A stretch of 64,000 nt of DNA, from positions 23,714 through 87,713 of IMG/VR virus record IMGVR_UViG_2513237087_000004; one strand, written 5' to 3'. This DNA is from a virus. Taxonomy: Duplodnaviria > Caudoviricetes. Shown piece after piece: positions 9,385-17,248 of the stretch. Numbering within the stretch: position 1 is the stretch's first letter; every line of letters begins with the position of its first letter. Position numbers and translations under genes: made by a program. The notes under the pieces are model-generated. The model saw only the letters and a program-made list of their open reading frames with translations. It was not told where the DNA came from and made no database searches.

Positions 9385-9819
9385 ATGGCCAAGTACGACA
9401 TCACCTTTTCTTGCGGCCACACCGAGACCCGCCAGTTGGTGGGCAAGGAAACCCAGCGCCACTCATACATCGCCTGGGCCGAGCGTGCCGGCCGCTGCTC
9501 CGCCTGCGCCAAGCTGGACAAGATGGCCGCGATCGAGGCTGTCGAGGTCGAGCACGACCTGCCCGCCCTGACCGGCTCCGACAAGCAAGTCGCTTGGGCG
9601 CGCACAATCCGGGCCGAGATCATGGGTGAGGTGATGGAGTATCTCACCACGTTGCGTGTTAAAGCCGAGGCGCAGGACAAGGTGGCGGAGTATGAGGAGC
9701 GCGCCGCCGTGCTCCTCCAGGTCATCGGGGCCAATACGGCCGCCCGCTACTGGATCGACAACAAGGGCCGCCCCGCACGCGAGTTGCTCCTGTCCGCCCA
9801 CAAGGTGACGGCGCAATGA
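9385..9819 (+). CDS. Conserved phage hypothetical protein, probable Zn-binding
   Basis: AGGAG RBS; MAKYDITFSCGH...CSAC...LPALTGSDKQVAWARTIR. Confidence 0.75.
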   Translation: MAKYDITFSCGHTETRQLVGKETQRHSYIAWAERAGRCSACAKLDKMAAIEAVEVEHDLPALTGSDKQVAWARTIRAEIMGEVMEYLTTLRVKAEAQDKVAEYEERAAVLLQVIGANTAARYWIDNKGRPARELLLSAHKVTAQ

Positions 9820-10214
9820 CCGTCCTCGTCGCCGTCGCCGGCCAACCGACGACCTGGCGGCCGACGCCGCCGGGGGCGGAAGCCGAAGCAATAGCCGCCA
9901 TCGAGGCACTTTCCCGGCGCGTCCTCGCCCTCCGCCCGTTTGGATTTTTGGACCCTCCAGTCGCGCGAGCGAGCATGTGGCAAGACGTACTAACCGTCGT
10001 CGTCGACGCCCCCGGTGCCGGTTTGCTGCGGAGCTATATCGTGTCCGACTGGCGTTGGGGTGTCCTGTGGGAGGCCGATGACTGGCATGAGGTCGGCTGG
10101 CACCCTTACGACTTGGGGTGTCTCAGCCTCGTCGGAGAGTGGCGGCGTTGCCTGTGGGATTGCCTCAATCCCGGCAAGCGCCCCAGTCGCAAGCTAAGGC
10201 GGATGCCCGCGTGA
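9816..10214 (+). CDS. Hypothetical protein
   Basis: ATGA and GTGA coupling on both sides. Confidence 0.6.
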   Translation: MTVLVAVAGQPTTWRPTPPGAEAEAIAAIEALSRRVLALRPFGFLDPPVARASMWQDVLTVVVDAPGAGLLRSYIVSDWRWGVLWEADDWHEVGWHPYDLGCLSLVGEWRRCLWDCLNPGKRPSRKLRRMPA

Positions 10215-10666
10215 CCTATATCTCGCACATCACGCTCAACACTGGGCACCGCCGGCGCTCTGAGGCGGGAGAGGTCGAGCCAGCCGTTCGCTCCACGCTG
10301 CGCCTGGTGATTGCCGAGGCCTTGGCGCAGCATAGCGCGCGCATCCCCCTGGTGCCCGGGCCGCCCGACATCTCCATCAGCGGCGACGCATACGGCCCCC
10401 ACCTCCTGCTCACTGTTTGGGATGACCGCAGTGGCCTGCCGATCCTCACCTTCGCGGTCGCCCTGCGCTCGCGCGGCGCGGAGCGACTTTGGGATGAGGT
10501 GTACCGCATGGGCCGTGAGCTTGCGGTGGACATCGCGGACATGCCCGCTGCGCCCTGGTGCGCCGCGGTGCTGCACCCGATGATCGTGCTGCGGCCGGAC
10601 GCGCTGTCGTGGACCGGCGACATGGAGTGGTGCGTGGCCTGGACCTGGACGGAGATGAGGGACTAG
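10211..10666 (+). CDS. Hypothetical protein
   Basis: GTG start overlapping upstream stop; YISHITLNTGHRRRS... Confidence 0.65.
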   Translation: MTYISHITLNTGHRRRSEAGEVEPAVRSTLRLVIAEALAQHSARIPLVPGPPDISISGDAYGPHLLLTVWDDRSGLPILTFAVALRSRGAERLWDEVYRMGRELAVDIADMPAAPWCAAVLHPMIVLRPDALSWTGDMEWCVAWTWTEMRD

Positions 10667-10668
10667 CG

Positions 10669-10989
10669 ATGGCCGGCAAACCAACAATCGATCCCAAAGT
10701 GCACGCCAAGATCCGCCGCCTGGCCAGCCAGGGGCACGGCCGCAAGGACATTGCGGCGACGCTCGGCGTCAGCCTGTACACGGTGCGCAAGGCGCTCGAT
10801 CCCGATTTTGTCGAGCGGGAGCGCGAGCGGCAAAGGGCGATCGGGCCGGAGCGCTACGCCCGCCGGAAAGACGACCCCGCCTATCAGGCCTACCAAGCAG
10901 ACTATGCCAGCGCGCCGGAGCGCCTCGCGCAGGTCCGGGCGTCCATGGCGCTTTTGCGCAAGAACCGGCGCACACCCACCGAAGACTGA
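10669..10989 (+). CDS. HTH-domain protein
   Basis: KIRRLASQGHGRKDIAATLGVSLYTVRKAL. Confidence 0.7.
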   Translation: MAGKPTIDPKVHAKIRRLASQGHGRKDIAATLGVSLYTVRKALDPDFVERERERQRAIGPERYARRKDDPAYQAYQADYASAPERLAQVRASMALLRKNRRTPTED

Positions 10990-11010
10990 GACATATCCCA
11001 GGTGCCCAAT

Positions 11011-11058
11011 CCCCTCCTCGGACCTGTGCCCGTCATACCCCCGCTCGAGCCTATGTCC
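11011..11058 (+). repeat. Repeat B pair 3
   Basis: CCCCTCCTCGGACCTGTGCCC (11011-11031) and CCCCCGCTCGAGCCTATGTCC (11038-11058), at the end of the cassette. Confidence 0.7.
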
Positions 11059-11266
11059 GCCCCGCTGCTTCGCGCAGCACCGACAGGCTTATACCGTCGG
11101 TCAGAACCAACACCTCCACGGCCAGGCCTCGCTTGCGCAGGAACACCTTGAGCTCCCGCTGCAGCCTCTCTTCGGCGGCCGCGTCGATCCTATCTCGGAC
11201 GCCAAGCACCAGCGTATCGCCATCTCGGATGTCCAGCACTTCGACCTTGTCGATCACGCCGGTCAT
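11051..11266 (-). CDS. Small hypothetical phage protein
   Basis: 71 aa, coupled to upstream gene. Confidence 0.6.
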   Translation of the reverse strand: MTGVIDKVEVLDIRDGDTLVLGVRDRIDAAAEERLQRELKVFLRKRGLAVEVLVLTDGISLSVLREAAGRT

Positions 11267-11511
11267 CGCGGCGGGGCGCCGACGGTGAGCATGATCGGAG
11301 GATGAGTGGTTCCGATGATCGATGAGAGCACCGGGGCGCCGGCGACGATGCGGGCGATCTCATCCGGTGTGGGAAACCATGCGGTGATCATGGCCGGGGT
11401 GCCCTCTCCGCCGACGCTACAGTTGATGATCTCGTCGCGGATGGGCAGGCCCTGGTATCCCTGGCTCTCGCCGGCGATCCGCGTCGCGCCATCCACGTGC
11501 CCGATCTGCAT
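11263..11511 (-). CDS. Conserved phage hypothetical protein
   Basis: MQIGHVDGATR...PAMITAWFPTPDEIARIVAGAPV...HPPIML; TGATG overlap with HNH. Confidence 0.7.
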   Translation of the reverse strand: MQIGHVDGATRIAGESQGYQGLPIRDEIINCSVGGEGTPAMITAWFPTPDEIARIVAGAPVLSSIIGTTHPPIMLTVGAPPR

Positions 11512-11828
11512 CAACGTGTCCTCTTCGAACGCTCGGCGGCGGTTTTCATCGAGTGGTGAGCCCCGCAGAGACACTGTCCGTTGGCGACATCGAACTCGGC
11601 GCCGCCGTCCCGCCGCTCGACGATGTGGTCCGCGAACATCCGGTGCTTTGGCTGGGCCCTGTCACATCCCGGCCACTGGCAGCCGCCGCCTGCCCGGCGG
11701 ATCACCTCTGCGGCCCAAGTCTTGTGGGCCTGGGTGCCATAGTGGGGATCGGTGAGCTTCGGCGGGGGTGCGGAGATCCGAACCGATGCGCTACCGAGCC
11801 GGGGCGGAAGGCACTTCACGCGCGTCAT
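11511..11828 (-). CDS. HNH endonuclease (terminase-associated, HK97 gp74-like)
   Basis: CQWPGC...ADHIVERRDGG...NGQCLCGAHHSMKT. Confidence 0.88.
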   Translation of the reverse strand: MTRVKCLPPRLGSASVRISAPPPKLTDPHYGTQAHKTWAAEVIRRAGGGCQWPGCDRAQPKHRMFADHIVERRDGGAEFDVANGQCLCGAHHSMKTAAERSKRTR

Positions 11829-11889
11829 GCCGATCCCCCGATGGCGGTGGGGTAGAGCTCGCTTCTGCGGGCGGTCACTCGGGTCCACC

Positions 11890-12057
11890 TCAAGCTGCGA
11901 GACGCGCCCCGGACCTGTGCCGCTTCACCGCGGCCTTGACGACCGCCGGATCAATCAGCCCCAGCAGATCGGCCATGTACGCCGAGACGAACATGCCAGG
12001 GGCATATTCCAGCATGACCGAGCCATCGGACGAGCGGACGTAGGACGTCTCAAGCAT
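11890..12057 (-). CDS. Small hypothetical protein (55 aa)
   Basis: Manual translation MLETSYVRSSDGSVMLEYAPGMFVSAYMADLLG... Confidence 0.5.
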   Translation of the reverse strand: MLETSYVRSSDGSVMLEYAPGMFVSAYMADLLGLIDPAVVKAAVKRHRSGARLAA

Positions 12058-12106
12058 GGAGGAGCTTCTTCCTGCGTGTGGGTGATCGCGGAGCGGCGCC
12101 TGGGCG

Positions 12107-12300
12107 TCAGGACTCCGGCTGTTCCAGCTTGGCGCGCACCAGGCAGTCCTTGGCCTCCAGCAGCTTGCGCAGGCCAGCCGACTTCTCAGCGCCGTCGGGT
12201 AACTCCGCGTCCATCTTCTCGGCCAGTTTGCCGATCGGGCGGCTCACCTCCAGGAGGTGGGGAGACAGATGCGCGAAGGGACCACCATCCGCGCCGGCAT
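12107..12300 (-). pseudogene. Conserved small phage protein, apparently frameshifted near its 5' end
   Basis: FAHLSPHLLEVSRPIGKLAEKMDAELPDGAEKSAGLRKLLEAKDCLVRAKL is in a frame without ATG; ATGs at 12300 and 12288 are out of frame. Confidence 0.5.
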
Positions 12301-12312
12301 GGCGCGTGATCC

Positions 12313-12456
12313 TCAGTCTGTCGTGGGAATGCCGAGCTTCTTCTCCAGCGCTTCCACGCGGGCGTTGAGGCGGTTGATGTTCCCTATCAGGGACAAGACG
12401 AAGAGCAGGACGTTCGCCAGTATGAGCCCGTCAACCCACACGCTGCCAGTGGTCAT
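12313..12456 (-). CDS. Small single-TM protein (47 aa)
   Basis: MTTGSVWVDGLILANVLLFVLSLIGNINRLNARVEALEKKLG. Confidence 0.55.
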   Translation of the reverse strand: MTTGSVWVDGLILANVLLFVLSLIGNINRLNARVEALEKKLGIPTTD

Positions 12457-12547
12457 AGCTCATGTCCCTGGTTGCCGAGGCGGGCCAGATCCACCCTATC
12501 AGGCAGTACCCGCCCGCACTTCTCCGCCTGGGGGAGAGCCCGTCAGG

Positions 12548-12841
12548 TCACCGCCGATCATCGAGCGCGGCACCGATCATTTCTTCCCAGATGCTCCCCG
12601 GTGCGATCTCCAAGTGCGCACAGACTTCTCTGGCCCTCTGCTCGGCAGCACCTATCATCGCCTCCGTTGGCTCACACATCGCGATGATGGCGGCGCGAGC
12701 ATAGGCGAGGTACATGCCGCGAATTTTCTCGTCTTCGTCGGAGAGCGTCATCGGCCGCCAGTCACCGCCTTTCGGCTTCGTCTGGTTTTCTTCGGCGGCG
12801 TAGATCGCTTCAGCAACGCGCTCGATCATCGTGGTCATCAC
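12548..12841 (-). CDS. Alphaproteobacterial phage hypothetical protein
   Basis: MIERVAEAIY...ARAAIIAMCEPTEAM motif. Confidence 0.7.
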   Translation of the reverse strand: MMTTMIERVAEAIYAAEENQTKPKGGDWRPMTLSDEDEKIRGMYLAYARAAIIAMCEPTEAMIGAAEQRAREVCAHLEIAPGSIWEEMIGAALDDRR

Positions 12842-13027
12842 TCGGCCTCAGCGCCTGCCTGCTTGGCGTCCACGCTCGAAACTGCCTCGCCATTTACGGC
12901 CACTTTTTGATCATTCAGCCGGAGGCAAATCGGGGCCTGAAATGGATAGCGCCCGAGCCGTCTCCGGCCGGGCGCTCTTCTCGAATCGTCCATATTTATG
13001 CCGACCATCGGATTCTGCGTCAAGCAC

Positions 13028-14089
13028 TCACCGCGATGAGACCGGAACATTTTTCAACCTCTGCTCCCTCCGGCGCTCGGACTCTGCCCTGAGATCACGT
13101 GACAACTTCGTCTCAACTACTTGTCCGAATTTATCAATTTCCGTTATGATCGGCGGTGCGACGGGATCATGGCTGACGAGAATAGCCGGCGCGACGACCT
13201 TGCTCCCGCGCCCATCAACCTGCTTCTTCATCTTCGGCATCGGCGCCGCGACCAGCCCCCTCCATTTGGCGATTGCCTCGAGCGCATCCTTCGTGATGCC
13301 GATGATATAGCCGTCAGCGATCTTATATTTCAGCGTCGACCACTTCGGCGCCACGTCCTTCAGTGGCGCGCCTTTGCCCACCAGGTCTTCCATCACCAGG
13401 TATGCTCGCATGCCGGCGGCCGCGCGGACCGCATCGGCTGCTCCGGCCACGTCCGCCGCCGCCATCAGCGCTGCGTCGCTCATGGTCGACGAAGGCAACC
13501 CGCCATCGGTGACCGGCTTGCCGAAGTCCTGGGCCTTGATCGTGCCGATGTTAGCGGCCTCATACCTGGCCCTGAACCACTCCGCCGCGGCCATTTCGTC
13601 CGCGTCGATCATCCCACTCCGAAACCAACGCGTCACGATGGACTCGCCGAAGTTCTTGGCTACGACGACACGGCCGCTATCGTTCGGATCCTTGACCTCG
13701 GTCAGGACGATGTTGTGGTCCACCCGGGGGGGCTTGCGGGCTCCCTTGGTGTGCTTGGTGAGGTTGAGCGGATCTCCAGCCTTCCGTGCCTGCTCGCTGG
13801 CCCGGGCCTGCCGCTTAATCCTCTCGCGGATCGCCAGTGCGCCTGCCGTTTCCTTGCCGGCCTCATGCTCGAGCACCGCCCGGACATCGTCGTACATCTG
13901 CTGCCTGTCCGCCTCGCGCTTTGCGGCTCGCTCGACATCCAGTTCGTAGGCGGCCCTTGCGCGGGCGGACGTTCGCTGCATATTGATCATCTGCGCCTGG
14001 AGCTTGCGCTCGGCCCGGGCTGCATCGGCCTCACAGCGGGCGGCCCTCGCCTCGTCGATCAGGTCTTGTGCGATCGTCAGCTTCGCCAT
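13028..14089 (-). CDS. Putative late-gene regulator (DUF6456-like), in the Q position
   Basis: Coiled-coil N-terminus; GMIDADEMAAAEWFRARYEAA...; lies between dnaB and late genes. Confidence 0.55.
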   Translation of the reverse strand: MAKLTIAQDLIDEARAARCEADAARAERKLQAQMINMQRTSARARAAYELDVERAAKREADRQQMYDDVRAVLEHEAGKETAGALAIRERIKRQARASEQARKAGDPLNLTKHTKGARKPPRVDHNIVLTEVKDPNDSGRVVVAKNFGESIVTRWFRSGMIDADEMAAAEWFRARYEAANIGTIKAQDFGKPVTDGGLPSSTMSDAALMAAADVAGAADAVRAAAGMRAYLVMEDLVGKGAPLKDVAPKWSTLKYKIADGYIIGITKDALEAIAKWRGLVAAPMPKMKKQVDGRGSKVVAPAILVSHDPVAPPIITEIDKFGQVVETKLSRDLRAESERRREQRLKNVPVSSR

Positions 14090-14090
14090 C

Positions 14091-15449
14091 TCACTGCTCC
14101 CGAAAACGTGTCACGCGGCCGTCCCACGCCAACTCGCGTTCCTCATTCGCCTTGCCGCGCCGGCGCTTCAGCACGATCACCTTCGCGGTATTCGCCGCCC
14201 GACGCAGCTTGGCCAGCCACTCGTCCTCCTTCGCGCCGCCCTGCCGCTGATCGGGCCGGTTCTGCCGGAGCCAGCTCTCCTCTCGCCAAACCGCCAGGAC
14301 CCAGTCCGCGTCACGCTCGATGCTCGGCGCATCGGCGTCCAATATATGCGGTGTCGGATCGTCGCGACGCTGCGCCCCTCGGGTGCGTTGCGCCAGCACA
14401 ACCACCGGAACCCTGAGGTCCTTCGCAAGGTCCTTCAGATCGCCCGTTAGCTCCGCCATCTTCTCGAACCGATCTTTGTGCCGGCCCTGCGGCTTGATCT
14501 TGTCCAGTTGGTCGATGATCACCATGCCCAACCCTGATGTTCGCTTCATAGCCAGGCAGTGGGCTCGGATCTGCCGTATAGTCTGTTTCGGCTGGTCGTA
14601 GATATAGAAGTCGTGCGCCTTCAGGTTCTGCTCGGCCACCACGAGGCTATCCCGCTGGGCGAAGTCGAATGCCCCCTCCTGCAGGTCGCCAACGGATATG
14701 CCCGACGCCGCGGATATCTCTCTTGCGGCCTGGACCTCATCGGTCATCTCGAACTGGAACATCAGCACCGGCCGGCTCAGCGAAGCGTGCACCCCAATCT
14801 GCGATGCGAGGGCCGACTTGCCGTCGCCCTGGCTGCCCAGAATGAAGCCGAGATCACCAGGGAGGATGCGGCCGAGGATCTCGTCGACGGAGAGCAGGCC
14901 CGTGCCGAACCCGGGGAGCGACCCTCCGTCGCGCGCCGAGTTCGATGCCGTCAGCACATTGTGGACGATGTCGTTGAGGCGGCGCGGCCGGCGAGGGGCG
15001 GCCGCGTGCATCACGTCGTTGAGACCGGACTCAGCCTCCGCCGCAATGTCCGTCGGGCTCTTGTCAAATGATCGGGCCTGCTTGCTCATCCAGTCGGCTA
15101 TCTGGACCAGCGTCCGCCGCGCTGCCATATCGGCCACGTCGCCGGCGAAGTCCAGCGGGCTGCCAACCTCGTCGGCATTCTTGAGCAGCACGGCAAGATA
15201 GGAGGCGAGCGAGTTGCCTTCCTCATCCTCTTCCGGCAGCCGGCTCACCACGAGGGGATGCGAGAGCTTCTTGCCCTCCTCGCAAATGTCCCGGACCACG
15301 CCATATATCTGCTGGTGGATCGGCTGGTAGAACTGATCCGCCCGCAACAGGTCGGCGACTTGCCAGTAGGCGGACTCAGATCGCAAGACTGCGCCGATGA
15401 CAGCTTTCTCGGCTGGGATATTCACCAGGGTGGACTCACGCTTGGCCAT
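14091..15449 (-). CDS. dnaB: Replicative DNA helicase DnaB
   Basis: AEKAVIGAVL N-terminus; GSQGDGKS Walker A; FEM; IIDQLD; LAQ; IERDADWVL; KRRRG. Confidence 0.92.
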   Translation of the reverse strand: MAKRESTLVNIPAEKAVIGAVLRSESAYWQVADLLRADQFYQPIHQQIYGVVRDICEEGKKLSHPLVVSRLPEEDEEGNSLASYLAVLLKNADEVGSPLDFAGDVADMAARRTLVQIADWMSKQARSFDKSPTDIAAEAESGLNDVMHAAAPRRPRRLNDIVHNVLTASNSARDGGSLPGFGTGLLSVDEILGRILPGDLGFILGSQGDGKSALASQIGVHASLSRPVLMFQFEMTDEVQAAREISAASGISVGDLQEGAFDFAQRDSLVVAEQNLKAHDFYIYDQPKQTIRQIRAHCLAMKRTSGLGMVIIDQLDKIKPQGRHKDRFEKMAELTGDLKDLAKDLRVPVVVLAQRTRGAQRRDDPTPHILDADAPSIERDADWVLAVWREESWLRQNRPDQRQGGAKEDEWLAKLRRAANTAKVIVLKRRRGKANEERELAWDGRVTRFREQ

Positions 15450-16596
15450 GGCTGTCTTCTTTTTTCGTCAGGCTGTTCAGGACGTCGAGGAAATCAGCGT
15501 TGAAGGGCGGCTCTTCGATGCCGGTCGGCACCCCTGCCAGGATCATCCGGTCCCGCAGTTTCCGGGCCGCCTCCAGGCCAGGAGGCGCACGGATCATCCC
15601 GTTTTGTTCTTGCGGCAGATCCCCGTCGGGATAGATGCGGATGCGCTTCACCTCCATCGGCGGCTCAAACCCGATCATCCCGGAAGTTGAGAGGGTAGCC
15701 CAGATCGGAAATCGGTAGCCTTCGATCGTCCACGCCGCGAGGGAAGACTCCATGCCCTCTCCCCCGCCGATCTCCGGGCCAAGGCCGCCGATCCGCACCG
15801 CGCCGCCGCCCGCCGGCCCCATCCCCACCTTGGGGTTGTCCACGGGCGCCTTGCCGCCGGTCAGCGGGTCGAGGAACACGCGCCACACCGCGACCGTGTC
15901 GCCGACCGCATCCTGAACCCGGCCCACAAGACAGGGGAAATAGGGCCCGTCCTGCACCTTGCGCTTGTCCTCCCAAACGGACCCGAGCTCCCATTCCAGC
16001 CTGTCGTGGAAACCGAGGACGTCAGGCCACCCACAGGGCGGGGTCGGGATTCCGCGCAGGTTGAGATATTTCTCGGCGAGGGTGCCAGCGATGGGGAGGC
16101 ACTGCGCCCAAACCTCCTGCGCGGTCTCAGCCTTGCGCCGGCGGACCGCTTCATCCCGCCGCTGGGCACGCTCCCGATCGGCTTGGTGTCGGCGGGCCGC
16201 CTCCTGTCGGCGCTGGCTGGCCTCTTCCGTCTCCGCCTCCTGGGTCATCCCGAGATGGCGGCGCGCCCACTGGAACGCGTCCTTGAAGTCCTCCTTCGAC
16301 GGACTTTCGTTGCCCGACAACAGGTAGGCCACCAACTTGATGACGCCTCCGCCGATCTTCCGGGAATGCCGGTACCACTGGCCCTGCTTCGCACCGGAGA
16401 TATGCACCTGGAACGAGCCAAGATCCTTCTCCTTCGGCGTCAGGTATCCGCGACCGCGCACCTCCCGCCAGCCAGGCTTGAGTTTGTTGAGGACCGCCTT
16501 GATATCGGCGGCCAGCCGGTCGCTGATCTCATCTGCGTCGTCTCTCACGGGGCAGCCTTCCACGTCTGCGAGTTGCTGCTCATCCCGAAAAGGCAA
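15436..16596 (-). CDS. Toprim-domain primase-like protein (DUF7146/Toprim_3 type)
   Basis: KAPVDNPKVGMGPAGGGAVRIG...GEGMESSLA...IYPDGD...DFLD; next to dnaB. Confidence 0.82.
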   Translation of the reverse strand: MPFRDEQQLADVEGCPVRDDADEISDRLAADIKAVLNKLKPGWREVRGRGYLTPKEKDLGSFQVHISGAKQGQWYRHSRKIGGGVIKLVAYLLSGNESPSKEDFKDAFQWARRHLGMTQEAETEEASQRRQEAARRHQADRERAQRRDEAVRRRKAETAQEVWAQCLPIAGTLAEKYLNLRGIPTPPCGWPDVLGFHDRLEWELGSVWEDKRKVQDGPYFPCLVGRVQDAVGDTVAVWRVFLDPLTGGKAPVDNPKVGMGPAGGGAVRIGGLGPEIGGGEGMESSLAAWTIEGYRFPIWATLSTSGMIGFEPPMEVKRIRIYPDGDLPQEQNGMIRAPPGLEAARKLRDRMILAGVPTGIEEPPFNADFLDVLNSLTKKEDSHGQA

Positions 16597-16784
16597 TCTC
16601 CGGCCTCGACCAGCCGGACGGCCGGCGGGCCCGCGGTCAACAGCTGAATGACCATGTCCTCCACCACCTCATACGGCCCCTCGAACCACCACTGGCGCGC
16701 TCCATCCACAAACTCCATGTGGATGAAGTCGCCGCGCCGCAGCCGCGCCGCAACCTCGTCCATTGCGAGCAGTCGCCCGTTCAC
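16545..16784 (-). CDS. Hypothetical protein
   Basis: 79 aa, in operon. Confidence 0.55.
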   Translation of the reverse strand: MNGRLLAMDEVAARLRRGDFIHMEFVDGARQWWFEGPYEVVEDMVIQLLTAGPPAVRLVEAGDCLFGMSSNSQTWKAAP

Positions 16785-17248
16785 GCCCGGACGCCCCGGA
16801 AATAGCCGAGCGCCTGGAGGCGGCGCAGGGAGTTCGGCACCTCCGCGTGGGCGAGCGCGTCAAACTCAGCATCCCTGGCCGCGGGCGAGAGCGCCGGCAG
16901 CACCAGGTCGAGACCACGCTGGAGGGTCGAGTGCTCGGGCACCACGAAGAACCGCTGATCGACCAGGGCCTGCAACCAGTAGAAGGAGACCAGGCCCAGA
17001 AGCGCCACTGGCTGCCCCGGCTCTCGGTATGGCGCTGTTGCGTCGTCGTGAGCGCGCTTTGAACGACGCAACAACTTCTTGCGAACCGGCCTCGGATAGG
17101 GTTCGAGTATCTCGGCCGTGGCGTCGATCAGCAACTCCACAGCGGCCATCGATTCCTTGGATGGATCGACGCCGTTCATCACCACGCCGAGGAAGATCTG
17201 TGGCGGGAGCGTGAGCTCAATTATTTCTCTGTCGGTCAACTGGATCAC
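16781..17248 (-). CDS. Hypothetical protein
   Basis: 155 aa, coupled on both sides. Confidence 0.65.
   Translation of the reverse strand: MIQLTDREIIELTLPPQIFLGVVMNGVDPSKESMAAVELLIDATAEILEPYPRPVRKKLLRRSKRAHDDATAPYREPGQPVALLGLVSFYWLQALVDQRFFVVPEHSTLQRGLDLVLPALSPAARDAEFDALAHAEVPNSLRRLQALGYFRGVRA

Noticed and set aside
8545-11058. Repeat B as a CRISPR array or integron attC sites
   Set aside because: Spacing is irregular with whole genes between copies, there are no cas genes, and no GTTRRRY/RYYYAAC cores
12313-12456. Holin / lysis cassette after the Q-like gene
   Set aside because: Only a single-TM peptide; no endolysin or spanin nearby
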